Positions 29,486 through 39,025 of a stretch of 64,000 bases of DNA are shown piece by piece. This DNA comes from Methanobacteriota archaeon. GTDB lineage: Archaea > Thermoplasmatota > Poseidoniia > Poseidoniales > Thalassarchaeaceae. A program made the translations under genes and the position numbers. The notes below the pieces were generated by a model, which was not told where the DNA came from, ran no database searches, and saw nothing but the letters and a program-made list of their open reading frames with translations. Location of the stretch: the NCBI GenBank assembly GCA_028355015.1, contig JAOMRN010000003.1, positions 151,740 to 215,739 on the forward strand, given 5' to 3'. How positions within the stretch are numbered: position 1 is the stretch's first letter; every line of letters begins with the position of its first letter.

Positions 29486-29821
29486 TCAAATTTCATCAAA
29501 CTTAGATGCGAGAATGAAATCTGATTCTACCAAGCCATCAATTTTATGAGTATAGATTTTTGCTAAAACTCTACCCCATCCTAATTCAAAATCGGCATGA
29601 TGGTTTTGTTCTTCACAGATGTCTCCAGCATTATTTGTAAATTCTAATGCCTGTTTGAAATTATCAAATTCCCAAACTCTTTCCAGATGATGGCTATTGA
29701 CAATTTTCCAGTTATTGTTTAAGAGTTTGATAAATTCACCCATTTCATCTTCAGTTAATGGGGGGACCCCTCCTTGACATGGGATGCAAACTTTAGAAGA
29801 TAAATTAGTTACTTCATCCAT
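29486..29821 (-). CDS. Pterin-4-alpha-carbinolamine dehydratase
   Basis: CIPCQGG, F.NF..AL.F.N, EEQNHHAD, THKIDGL.ESDFILA. Start moved to ATG 29821. Confidence 0.92.
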   Translation of the reverse strand: MDEVTNLSSKVCIPCQGGVPPLTEDEMGEFIKLLNNNWKIVNSHHLERVWEFDNFKQALEFTNNAGDICEEQNHHADFELGWGRVLAKIYTHKIDGLVESDFILASKFDEI

Positions 29822-29822
29822 A

Positions 29823-30275
29823 TTAATCCCACACATGATTATCATCTCTTCCATCCGCTTGTCTTTCCGCCGCTTCATGAAGATTTGAACGCCTACGCAT
29901 ATCTTCTTTTTCGAAAGTTAAAAGTTCCCTATCTTCGATATATGGTTTCCTTAAGTGTGTGATTAAACGTAATTCAACTATCACGTCTCTCGCTATTGAG
30001 CGGAAATCTCCATTTTCATCTAAAATTTCTATGACGTTTCTCGAGGTACCAACCAACATTCCTCTAATATATGGGTCTGAATCTTTAGGTAGTGCCCTAC
30101 CATCTAGCAATATTTCAATTAAATCATCTTTCCTTAAACCTGACTTTCTTTTAATCAATGGTCCTAGAAATATATCTTGTATAGTTTCTAATTCAGGTGA
30201 ACCGTATTCTTGATGTATTCGTTTTGCCCATTCGGGTAAATCAGTAACTTCTCTACTACGCCTCTCCGTACTCAT
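29823..30275 (-). CDS. Hypothetical protein, possible Sm/LSm-like fold
   Basis: 150 aa; central LIEILLD...IRGMLVG....IEILD......IARDVIVELRL beta pattern. Confidence 0.6.
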   Translation of the reverse strand: MSTERRSREVTDLPEWAKRIHQEYGSPELETIQDIFLGPLIKRKSGLRKDDLIEILLDGRALPKDSDPYIRGMLVGTSRNVIEILDENGDFRSIARDVIVELRLITHLRKPYIEDRELLTFEKEDMRRRSNLHEAAERQADGRDDNHVWD

Positions 30276-30392
30276 ACCTCTCGGTTAACTATGTTATAGA
30301 AAAGCCAACGGGTTCAAAGATTGTAAGTAATAATCAACTAATGACTGTTGACTTGAAGTGGGATGGTATAGGCGGCAGATAGGGGAGAGACC

Positions 30393-31481
30393 ATGGCATC
30401 ACCACAGTGGAGAAGTATTCCGACCGTTCTTTTCCCTCAAGAAATTCTTGACAAGGCATTTCGCAAGGCATCTAAACAGGCTGATTTAGTCGAAGATCCA
30501 GACAAGTATCATCGTGTAAGGAAGCAAATGGTAAGAATGACTCAATCTGCTGCAGATACGATAGATACAACTCTTAGGACATGGGTGGATAAATGGCCTA
30601 GTCTCAACGCATTGTCGGAGTTTGATAGGGCTTTAATCGATGCAGCTGTAGGTAATGACGATTATCGTAAGAGTCTCGGTGCTATTCAATGGGCTGCCGA
30701 AAGGATTCGTAAAATTTCGGGTGAATCTGAATCGAAGATACTTCGTATTAGGAATATAGAAGGTTTCCATGAAGCAAGAAGACATGCTTATGGGCGTATT
30801 TCTTCTATTGTTCATCAAATTTCACCTCAGATTATATGGCTTGGTGAGGCAAGAGACATACTTCGAAAATTACCCTCCGTTGATTCAGCGGAACCTGTTA
30901 TTGTAGTAGCCGGTTCACCAAATGTAGGTAAGTCTGCTCTAATTGGTGCCTTATCATCTGGTGAACCAGAAGTTGCTGCTTATCCATTCACTACTAAGCA
31001 ATTACACTTAGGACATTTCATGCATAGGAGGAGACCGTATCAAATGGTAGATACTCCTGGTTTACTAGACAGGCCAATGGAAGAGAGGAATTTGATAGAA
31101 ATGCAAGCAATAGCCGCATTGGAGAATGTAGGTGATGTTTTGGTATTCCTTATCGATGCCAGTGAAACAGGGGGGACCTCTTTAGATGAGCAATTGAGTC
31201 TTCTAAGGGAAGTAAGAAGTCTAGTTACTGAAAGACCAATAATCGTAGCTCATTCTAAATCAGATCTTCTTAAGATAACACCTGTAGATGCAGAATATCT
31301 GTTATCTACTGTTAATGGTGAAGGTATAGAGGAATTTCGCGCTATTTTAATTGATATCATTGGTGCTGATGTGATAGAAGATCCTCTTTCATTACCTGAC
31401 AACTGGCATGTTGAAGAGAAGAGCCTTGAGCCCTTAGGAACCAAGTATGAGATTGAAAAACGAAGAGAAATTGATAATTAA
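30393..31481 (+). CDS. Nog1-family GTP-binding protein
   Basis: N-terminal helical domain, AGSPNVGKS, AAYPFTTK, DTPGLLDRP..ERN.IE, SKSD. Confidence 0.92.
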   Translation: MASPQWRSIPTVLFPQEILDKAFRKASKQADLVEDPDKYHRVRKQMVRMTQSAADTIDTTLRTWVDKWPSLNALSEFDRALIDAAVGNDDYRKSLGAIQWAAERIRKISGESESKILRIRNIEGFHEARRHAYGRISSIVHQISPQIIWLGEARDILRKLPSVDSAEPVIVVAGSPNVGKSALIGALSSGEPEVAAYPFTTKQLHLGHFMHRRRPYQMVDTPGLLDRPMEERNLIEMQAIAALENVGDVLVFLIDASETGGTSLDEQLSLLREVRSLVTERPIIVAHSKSDLLKITPVDAEYLLSTVNGEGIEEFRAILIDIIGADVIEDPLSLPDNWHVEEKSLEPLGTKYEIEKRREIDN

Positions 31482-31598
31482 TTAGTTTACATGCCATTGA
31501 TTACCACATGTTTTACAATATAAGTCAAATCCACCATAGGATTTCTGTAGACCACTAATATCAATTGATGTGCCACAGTTGCTACACACTTCACTCAT
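31482..31598 (-). CDS. 38-aa zinc-ribbon microprotein (absent from the ORF track)
   Basis: MSEVCSNCGTSIDISGLQKSYGGFDLYCKTCGNQWHVN*; two CxxCG motifs, GAGGTGG SD, fits the intergenic gap. Confidence 0.8.
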   Translation of the reverse strand: MSEVCSNCGTSIDISGLQKSYGGFDLYCKTCGNQWHVN

Positions 31599-31647
31599 GA
31601 TACTTCCACCTCATTCTGGTTATTCAAATACACTATACTAAAATCAC

Positions 31648-32241
31648 TCATTTATTTCGAAATTTATCAAATAATTTTCTTATTGGAAAAGCCATTTCTC
31701 CTGCTCCAATAACTAAAGTAACAGATATAACTACAAGTATCAATTCTACTTTCCAATCAAAACTTATTTCAACACTTGTTGTTAAAACTTGCATGTCTCC
31801 GATATCTGCTCCTTCTCTTCCTCCTGTGATTATATGATATTTCTCCGTTCCTATATCCCAACTCAAAGTACCATCTTCTTCATCCTCGCCGCCTACTATT
31901 ATGAATTCTTCAACGTCATCTGCTGTGCATTCAGTAATCTTAGTTTCACTATCCGGAGGACAATTTACATATGCTTCAGTTCCAACGATTGCAAACCATG
32001 CCTCATTTTCTTCCGACCATGTAATATCTAAATCAATATCAAGTAGGCTGAATATCATAGGTGGATTTATTACTTCTGTCATTGCGATAAAACAGATTTC
32101 CGAATCATCAACTTCGCAAGGCACCTGAGGTATAGTGCTAGCCTCTTCTGGTAGTGATACGCCGATCAGGCTCCCAATGAGCATAATCCCGCAAATAATC
32201 CCCACAGCGCCGGGTAGTACGGAGAGTATTCTTACCATCAT
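31648..32241 (-). CDS. Hypothetical membrane protein
   Basis: N- and C-terminal TM helices around an acidic, Cys-paired loop domain. Confidence 0.7.
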   Translation of the reverse strand: MMVRILSVLPGAVGIICGIMLIGSLIGVSLPEEASTIPQVPCEVDDSEICFIAMTEVINPPMIFSLLDIDLDITWSEENEAWFAIVGTEAYVNCPPDSETKITECTADDVEEFIIVGGEDEEDGTLSWDIGTEKYHIITGGREGADIGDMQVLTTSVEISFDWKVELILVVISVTLVIGAGEMAFPIRKLFDKFRNK

Positions 32242-32268
32242 ATTAATCACTACAATTCGCAACTTAAT

Positions 32269-32577
32269 TTAAATTAATGCCCCTACAACTTGTATTAATA
32301 TAGGTACTAAGAATACTGCTACTCCTACATACAATAAGATAGAGAGTCTTTTTCTTGATTTTTCCTTTCTTTTTTGTGTTGCATCGCAATCTTGCTTATT
32401 GCATATTGAGGGTTCATTGTTAATTGGTATAGGGATAGAGCAAATTACACAATGTTTGTGCGATTCAAATGATACGCTATTTTTACCTCTAATTCTTTTC
32501 TTAGAAGTAGTTGCTGCTTCCTTTGCTTGATTCGCGGTTCTTGTGGCCATTTTAGCAATCTTTTCGGCTCTGCTCAT
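32269..32577 (-). CDS. DUF2116-like Zn-ribbon membrane protein
   Basis: HKHCVICSIPIP....IC....C, basic stretch, C-terminal TM. Confidence 0.8.
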   Translation of the reverse strand: MSRAEKIAKMATRTANQAKEAATTSKKRIRGKNSVSFESHKHCVICSIPIPINNEPSICNKQDCDATQKRKEKSRKRLSILLYVGVAVFLVPILIQVVGALI

Positions 32578-33287
32578 ATTTTCCCCTCCGATGAAACTAC
32601 AGTCCCTTCAAAATCATCGCCTTCCATTGCTTGCCTGATTCTTTTGGTCACTCTTCCGTCTAAAATATTTAATTCCATTTTCGCATTGAGAGCCTCTGAA
32701 ACCCCAATCGGATCAACCACACTAGATTGTCCTGCTTTTTCATGCTCAGCAGGACCAACAATTTTTTGTAATTCAAGATGAGTCAGGTATTCATGAGATT
32801 TCGCATTTGGATTTAATCTTGGATCCTCATCATATACTTTCTCGACATTTGTTGCTATAATACATTTTTTAGCATTGGCGGCAATTGCAAATCTAATCGC
32901 AACTGCATCGGTAGTATGTCCAGGAATCGTCCCTCCCATGATGACTACTGGTATTTCTTCGAGTAATTGCACCGCCTCGTTTACACTCGATGGAATAATT
33001 CCTGAGACTGTAATCCCAGCTTCTGAAACTGCTTCTCTAATTATGGTGGCATTTAGTCTGGTCGCAGCGATGCCTATTTTGTCTAAATGATAATCATCAT
33101 CAATCAAAGGTCTCACCAGACTTATTCCTTCTCTAGCAGGAGCGCCTCCTCCTATTACTAGTCCTAATCTGTCACCCATTGCTACTCTATCTCTAATTAT
33201 TGATATCAAATCATCTAACCATATGTGCTTATTCTCTATTTCAGGACGTAGTAAACTCCCGCCTAGAGCCGCCACAATGCTTGTCAT
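32574..33287 (-). CDS. pyrH: UMP kinase (archaeal type)
   Basis: LGGS, GGG..AR, D.IGIAATRLNA, MGGTIPGHTTDAVA, TNV..VYD.DP, VVDP. Confidence 0.93.
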   Translation of the reverse strand: MTSIVAALGGSLLRPEIENKHIWLDDLISIIRDRVAMGDRLGLVIGGGAPAREGISLVRPLIDDDYHLDKIGIAATRLNATIIREAVSEAGITVSGIIPSSVNEAVQLLEEIPVVIMGGTIPGHTTDAVAIRFAIAANAKKCIIATNVEKVYDEDPRLNPNAKSHEYLTHLELQKIVGPAEHEKAGQSSVVDPIGVSEALNAKMELNILDGRVTKRIRQAMEGDDFEGTVVSSEGKI

Positions 33288-33386
33288 CGTGCATTCGGCT
33301 ACACTGCTTCTCTATCAATGTCTAGGCTTATGTTGAGGATGAAGGGTTGAAATGCCGGCCTCTTTGGCAATACACGAGGGTAGACT

Positions 33387-34634
33387 ATGTCCGAAGACTT
33401 GGAGATGCAAAAACGTAAACTTCGTGCACGCAAGACTCTCGAAGAAGTTTCGAAAATGAGAGGTATGGGTACTGAGTTAGTTACTGTCATCATACCTCCT
33501 GAAAAGATGTTGTCTGATGTTCGCCATCATTTAATCCAAGAAGGAGGTCAGGCTGCAAATATCAAGTCTAAAGGTACACGTAAGCATGTTACAGATGCGA
33601 TTGAGTCAGCAGTTTCTACTTTAGGGAGGTACAAAACTCCTGGTGAAAGAGGGATTGCCCTATTCGTAGGACATGTAATTACAGGTAATAATAAAACTAG
33701 ACTAATATCGGTTGTTGTAGATGACCCACCTGAGGCGTTTCCATCATTCAGATATAGGTGTGACTCATCTTTTGAGGCATCTCAACTTGAGGCTATGTTA
33801 ATCGATAAAACCGCTTATGGTTTATTCGTTATTGATCGGTCTGAATCAGCTTATGGTTTGGCATCTGGTAAAAAGCATCATTGTCAGGAACATATTACTT
33901 CTCAAGTTCCATCTAAACACGGTAGAGGTGGTCAATCTGCTCAACGTTTTGAAAGATTAATCGAAGAAGCCGCTCATAACTTTTTCAAAAAATCTGCAGA
34001 AAGAGCCTGTGCATATTGGCTTCCTATGATTGATGATTTGAAAGGCATCATTATTGGAGGCCCGGGAGCAACTAAAGATTTTCTTGTGAGGAATGATTAC
34101 TTCCATCATGAGATAAAGAAGTTGATTAGAGAACCACACTTTGATGTAGGATATTCAAATGATTCTGGTTTAAGAGAATTAATTCAACGTGCTGGTGGAT
34201 TAATGGATCAGATTGAACTTGATGTGGAAAGAAAGTTAGTAGATAACTTCCTAAGAGAAGTTATGCAAACACATCCTAAGGCGACATATGGTGAAATGAT
34301 GGTCCGTAATGCCCTAGATCAAGGTGCAGTTGCTACAATATTATTGTCCGAAGGTTTACGGAAAAGAAGAGTAGGATGGATCTGTAAATCATGCTCAAAT
34401 GAATGGAGCCAGACTCATAATAATTTGACAGATATCCCTGATTGCCCTAAATGTAATTCTGATAACTTAATAGAAGACCCTGATAAAACAATGGATTTGA
34501 TAGATGAATTAACAGAATTAGCTACACATACTTCCGCTAAGGTGACCTTAGTCTCCATGGATACAGAAGAGGGTGCAACATTACAAAATTCATTCGGTGG
34601 AATTGCTGCTATGTTGAGGTATGCTTGGTCATGA
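33387..34634 (+). CDS. prf1: Peptide chain release factor aRF1
   Basis: GTELVT, NIKS, YRCDS, GRGGQSAQRF, Zn-ribbon insert CKSC/CPKC, FGGIAAMLRY. Confidence 0.96.
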   Translation: MSEDLEMQKRKLRARKTLEEVSKMRGMGTELVTVIIPPEKMLSDVRHHLIQEGGQAANIKSKGTRKHVTDAIESAVSTLGRYKTPGERGIALFVGHVITGNNKTRLISVVVDDPPEAFPSFRYRCDSSFEASQLEAMLIDKTAYGLFVIDRSESAYGLASGKKHHCQEHITSQVPSKHGRGGQSAQRFERLIEEAAHNFFKKSAERACAYWLPMIDDLKGIIIGGPGATKDFLVRNDYFHHEIKKLIREPHFDVGYSNDSGLRELIQRAGGLMDQIELDVERKLVDNFLREVMQTHPKATYGEMMVRNALDQGAVATILLSEGLRKRRVGWICKSCSNEWSQTHNNLTDIPDCPKCNSDNLIEDPDKTMDLIDELTELATHTSAKVTLVSMDTEEGATLQNSFGGIAAMLRYAWS

Positions 34635-34643
34635 GGTGATAGC

Positions 34644-36371
34644 ATGAGAAATCTTCGTAGTGAAATTATTCCTATTCTCTCTAAAACTATGATGAATTTA
34701 GGCATAGAAGAAAATGACTGGTTAAGTCTAATAGGTAACGCTACAGATTCATCTCATGGTGATATTGCCCTTCCTTGTCATTCATTATCTAGGATATTGA
34801 GAAAATCTCCTAATATTATTGCAGACGATATTTCATCAGACTTAACCGATAAGTTATCGAATGTCGCTACAACTACCTCAATTAATGGTTTTGTTAACTT
34901 TAAAGCCACTAATTTTTGGTTATCTAATCAAGTTTCGAAAATTAACTTCGATTCTAAGTTAGGAGTGAAAATAGAAAATAAAAAAACCATAATAATTGAT
35001 TATTCCTCACCCAATGTTGCTAAAAGAATGCATGTAGGCCATTTGCGTTCCACTGTAATAGGGGATGCTCTAGCGAGAATTCTAACATACAAAGGTCATC
35101 GAGTGATAGGTGAGAATCACATAGGAGACTGGGGGACTCCTTTTGGAATGCTGATTGAGCATTTCCTTGAATGCGAAGATGTAGAGGTAAAAGATATCGA
35201 TCTTAAGAATTTCTATAAAGATGCAAGGTATAAATTTGATAATTCCAAAGATTTCGCAATTCGCTCACGTGAGCGTGTAGTAAAACTTCAGTCCAAGGAA
35301 CCAGAGACGATTGTACTATGGAAGGAATTAGTTGATATTTCTTTATTACATTTCAATGAAGTTTATCGCATGTTAGATGTATTACTCAATGACGATAATT
35401 TAGCAGGAGAATCAATTTATGAAGATTTGCTTCCCGAAGTAGTTGATAGATTGAGTAATCAGGATATGATTGAAGAAAGTGACGGGGCTCTTGTAGTATT
35501 CCCTGAAGGTTGGCTAAATCGTGAGAAAGAACCATTGCCTCTAATTATTCGTAAAGGAGACGGTGGCTATAACTACGCTACAAGTGACCTTGCCTGTATC
35601 ATAAATCGTGTAGAGAATGTAGGGGGGACTGAATTTCTATATGTTGTAGGTGCCGAGCAGTCACAACATTTTGACATGGTCTTCCAAGTTGCTAGACAGG
35701 CAAATTTCATGGATGATTCCATTAAATCTGTACATATTCCTTTTGGCCTAGTTGTAGGTTCAGATGGTAAAAAACTTGCTAGTAGGGACGGTGAAGCAAT
35801 CAGTTTGAAAGAGTTACTTGAGGAATCTATCGTCAGAGCCAATAAATCTATTTTAGAAAAAAATCCAGATATTTCTGAATCAGAAAGAGCAGAGATCTCG
35901 AGAATGATCGGAATAGGCTCAGTAAAGTACGCGGATCTTTCGGTCGATAGAAACAAAAATTATGTTTTTGATTGGGATAAAATGCTCTCTTTCGAGGGCA
36001 ATACTGCTCCTTATCTACAGTATGCTCATGCTAGAATTTGTAGTATTTTCAGAAAAGCCTCAATTCAGAGAGAAGATTTTACTAATAACGAAATATCCAT
36101 AATGAATGATAATGAAAGTTCACTTTCTAAAACTCTAATTGGATTTTCTGCAGCTATTGATGAGTCAATAAATAATTATGCTCCTCACCGTTTAGCAGTA
36201 TATTTACATAAATTAGCTCAAGATTTTGCATCTTTCTATGAGAATTGTCCAGTATTGGTAATTGATGATAAATCTACAATGAATAGCCGATTAGCCCTGT
36301 GTAGTCTAACTGCTAGGACTTTGAGCACTGGACTTAATCTTCTTGGAATAGATTCACCCGAGAGAATGTAG
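34644..36371 (+). CDS. argS: Arginine--tRNA ligase
   Basis: DYSSPNVAKRMHVGHLRST, GDWGT, YVVG.EQ..HF, GNTAPYLQYAHARICSI; GAGGTGA SD. Confidence 0.96.
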   Translation: MRNLRSEIIPILSKTMMNLGIEENDWLSLIGNATDSSHGDIALPCHSLSRILRKSPNIIADDISSDLTDKLSNVATTTSINGFVNFKATNFWLSNQVSKINFDSKLGVKIENKKTIIIDYSSPNVAKRMHVGHLRSTVIGDALARILTYKGHRVIGENHIGDWGTPFGMLIEHFLECEDVEVKDIDLKNFYKDARYKFDNSKDFAIRSRERVVKLQSKEPETIVLWKELVDISLLHFNEVYRMLDVLLNDDNLAGESIYEDLLPEVVDRLSNQDMIEESDGALVVFPEGWLNREKEPLPLIIRKGDGGYNYATSDLACIINRVENVGGTEFLYVVGAEQSQHFDMVFQVARQANFMDDSIKSVHIPFGLVVGSDGKKLASRDGEAISLKELLEESIVRANKSILEKNPDISESERAEISRMIGIGSVKYADLSVDRNKNYVFDWDKMLSFEGNTAPYLQYAHARICSIFRKASIQREDFTNNEISIMNDNESSLSKTLIGFSAAIDESINNYAPHRLAVYLHKLAQDFASFYENCPVLVIDDKSTMNSRLALCSLTARTLSTGLNLLGIDSPERM

Positions 36372-36678
36372 TCAAATCTCTAGCTTCTTTTATCCCCCCT
36401 CTTACTGTTGAAAGACGTTTTTCATAATTCATTAAGACCCAAAATGGTATTACATCAACTTCTTTTTTTATCCATTCTAAATTATTTATTAAATTCTCTG
36501 AATCAGAATTATCTAAGGAAATTTTTCTGACTGGAATTTGGTTTATTAGATGATTATTTGATTCTAAATACTTTTCAACTTCCACGCAATCTTGACATGT
36601 TTTTCTTGTAATTAGTAACATAATAAATGGTTCAAAGAGTGTTTTTTCCCAGTCTTCGAATGTTACAATCTGTTTCAT
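36334..36678 (-). CDS. Thioredoxin-fold protein (CQDC)
   Basis: CxxC after a beta strand, cis-Pro-like VIPFW; divergent from the peroxiredoxin gene. Confidence 0.65.
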   Translation of the reverse strand: MKQIVTFEDWEKTLFEPFIMLLITRKTCQDCVEVEKYLESNNHLINQIPVRKISLDNSDSENLINNLEWIKKEVDVIPFWVLMNYEKRLSTVRGGIKEARDLTTFSRVNLFQED

Positions 36679-36734
36679 TATACCCTACCCCAAGAGACGG
36701 TTATCTTTGAATGGACCTATCTCTCCGCAAGGTT

Positions 36735-37193
36735 ATGGTTTCAGTAGGCGATGTAGCACCAAATTTTACTTTGATGGCAAATGACAGGAATATGGTCACT
36801 TTGAGTGACTCAATTGGAAATAAAGTAGTGCTTGCATTTTACCCAGCGGCATTTACTGGAGTATGTACTACTGAAATGTGTACTTTCACTGATTCAATGT
36901 CTAAGTTTGACGGAATGGAAGTCGAAGTTTTTGGCATTAGTGTTGATTCTATTTTTTCTAATAATGAGTTTGCAAATAATAACTCAATAGGCTTCCCTTT
37001 ACTATCCGATGTCAATAGAGAGGCTACTAATTCTTATGGTGTAGGAATTAGTTTTGTTATGCCAGGGTATGTGGCGTCTCAGAGATCAGTTTTCATTATT
37101 GATGAAGATGGCCGAATAGGCTATGCATGGGTTGCTGAAAATCCAGGTATAGAGCCTAATTATCAAGAAATAATCGATTACTGTAAAAAATAG
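36735..37193 (+). CDS. Peroxiredoxin (AhpE/BCP-like)
   Basis: GDVAPNFTL, FYPAAFTGVCTTEMC, GISVDS, FPLLSD, RSVFIIDEDG. Confidence 0.92.
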   Translation: MVSVGDVAPNFTLMANDRNMVTLSDSIGNKVVLAFYPAAFTGVCTTEMCTFTDSMSKFDGMEVEVFGISVDSIFSNNEFANNNSIGFPLLSDVNREATNSYGVGISFVMPGYVASQRSVFIIDEDGRIGYAWVAENPGIEPNYQEIIDYCKK

Positions 37194-37218
37194 TCATTTA
37201 TTCGTTCTAATTATTGAA

Positions 37219-37791
37219 TTACCTGACTTCTTCACCGGACCATCTTTTACCTAGATTGTGTTCAATATTTAGTTGATCTAATATTCTTGCAACTACAAAA
37301 TCGATTAGCTCATCGATCGTTTTAGGGCTATGGTAGAATCCTGGGCTAGCGGGTAAAATTACAACTCCCCATGTTGACATTTTTGTCATTGCTTCTAGAT
37401 GTGCTGTTGCAAAAGGCGTTTCTCTCGGTACAATAATCAGTTTCCTTCTCTCTTTCAATGCTACTAATGCACTTCTTGTTGCAAGATTGTCGGAAATTCC
37501 TGCTGCGATTTTTCCGATAGTTGTACCACTTGTCGGACAAATAATATATGCGTCAAATTTAGCAGATCCTGAAGCAGGTCTTGCAGCTAAATTTTTGTTA
37601 TCTTGTAAGGTAACTCCTTTAATTTTGGATAAATCTTCAGGCGTCATATCACACTCTAAGTGTAAGTTTATTGCACCTGCGTTGGTGACTATCAAATCAA
37701 CTTCCCATGATGCCTCCGATAATGCTTGCACTAGTCTTACTGCATACTGGGCACCAGATGCGCCAGTTAGGGCTACAACTGCGGAAGGCAT
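37219..37791 (-). CDS. ubiX: Flavin prenyltransferase
   Basis: TGASGA.Y, ASGS, LKERRKLIIVPRETP, PASPGFYH.P. Confidence 0.93.
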   Translation of the reverse strand: MPSAVVALTGASGAQYAVRLVQALSEASWEVDLIVTNAGAINLHLECDMTPEDLSKIKGVTLQDNKNLAARPASGSAKFDAYIICPTSGTTIGKIAAGISDNLATRSALVALKERRKLIIVPRETPFATAHLEAMTKMSTWGVVILPASPGFYHSPKTIDELIDFVVARILDQLNIEHNLGKRWSGEEVR

Positions 37792-37834
37792 GATTTGTCG
37801 TACGAACTAGACATCTTGAAGTATTGCTTAATTT

Positions 37835-39025
37835 TCATAGACATTTTTCAAGAATTTTTGCTAAAAATCGATATTCATTTTCACTATTGTACAATTGAGC
37901 CGAGATTCTTATGTATCTACCCTCTGGATTTGGCCAATACCAAACTGGGACTTGTATCTTATATTTTTCTAAGAGTTCCAAATGAAGTGGGTCGGGTTCA
38001 TGTAATTCTACTCCATTAATGGCTTTTGAAGAGATTTTAATCGTGGCGATACTAGATATCATGTCATCTGGACACGGTGGAGAAATTCCGAGTTTTTCAC
38101 ATATTATTTTTCTTCCTTTTATCGCGAGTTTGTTGTTATGAATCATTATTTCATCCCAATTCATATTGACTAATTTTGTGATTTCTTTTACTATAAACGG
38201 TAACGTACATAATGCGGAAACATCTCTTGTCCCCGTCCAATCAAATTCATGACGAAATCTAGTTGAGTTACCTAGAGGAATAGTCATCCCATGGCTGATT
38301 ACTAGAGGGTGAATTAAATGTTGTAAATCTTTCCTGACATGTAGGAAAGCGGCTCCTTTCGGTGCAAATAGCCATTTATGGCAATTACTAGTTGTAAAAG
38401 AAGCTCCAATATTTTCTAAATCCAAAGGAATCATTCCTATTCCATGTGCTGCATCAAGTAGGACATTTATTCCTTTAGATTCTAGTAAACTAACGAGTTC
38501 TTTGAATGGCATGAGAAGTCCTGTCGGGCTAGTTACCGTATCTATCATTGCTAATTTCGTTTTTTCAGTTACACATTCCATTATGTTGTCAATAATTATC
38601 TGTTTTTCAGAAATCGGAAATGGTATTTCACAAGTAATTACTACTGCACCTGATTTCTCTGCAATATAATCGATAGTATTCCTACATGCTTGGTATGCAT
38701 GATTCGGAACAATTATTTCATCTCCCTTTTCAAAATTTAAAGATCTTAGTATCGTATTTACACCTGAAGTCGCATTTTCAATAAGTGCTAAATCATTATG
38801 GTCGCAATTTACTAAATCTGCTATTGCTTTGCGTGAATTTATCAATGCATCTGGAGCAATTTCTTCGAAGAATTTCACAGGATCTCTTTCTAAAAGAAGT
38901 TGCCAGCGCCTCTGTTCTTCCAAAACTATTTCTGGTGTAGCTCCGAATGAACCATGATTCAAAAAAATAGTTTCTTCGTCTAAAATCCAATATTTTGACA
39001 ATTCATTTTCTCTAATCTGCTTCAT
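37835..39025 (-). CDS. Class V PLP enzyme (isopenicillin N epimerase / Egt2 / cysteine desulfhydrase-like)
   Basis: FLNHGSFGATP, NATSG, DAAH, SNCHKWLFAPKG, WTGTRD, RISAQLYN. ATG 39025 overlaps the lipB stop (ATGA). Confidence 0.88.
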   Translation of the reverse strand: MKQIRENELSKYWILDEETIFLNHGSFGATPEIVLEEQRRWQLLLERDPVKFFEEIAPDALINSRKAIADLVNCDHNDLALIENATSGVNTILRSLNFEKGDEIIVPNHAYQACRNTIDYIAEKSGAVVITCEIPFPISEKQIIIDNIMECVTEKTKLAMIDTVTSPTGLLMPFKELVSLLESKGINVLLDAAHGIGMIPLDLENIGASFTTSNCHKWLFAPKGAAFLHVRKDLQHLIHPLVISHGMTIPLGNSTRFRHEFDWTGTRDVSALCTLPFIVKEITKLVNMNWDEIMIHNNKLAIKGRKIICEKLGISPPCPDDMISSIATIKISSKAINGVELHEPDPLHLELLEKYKIQVPVWYWPNPEGRYIRISAQLYNSENEYRFLAKILEKCL

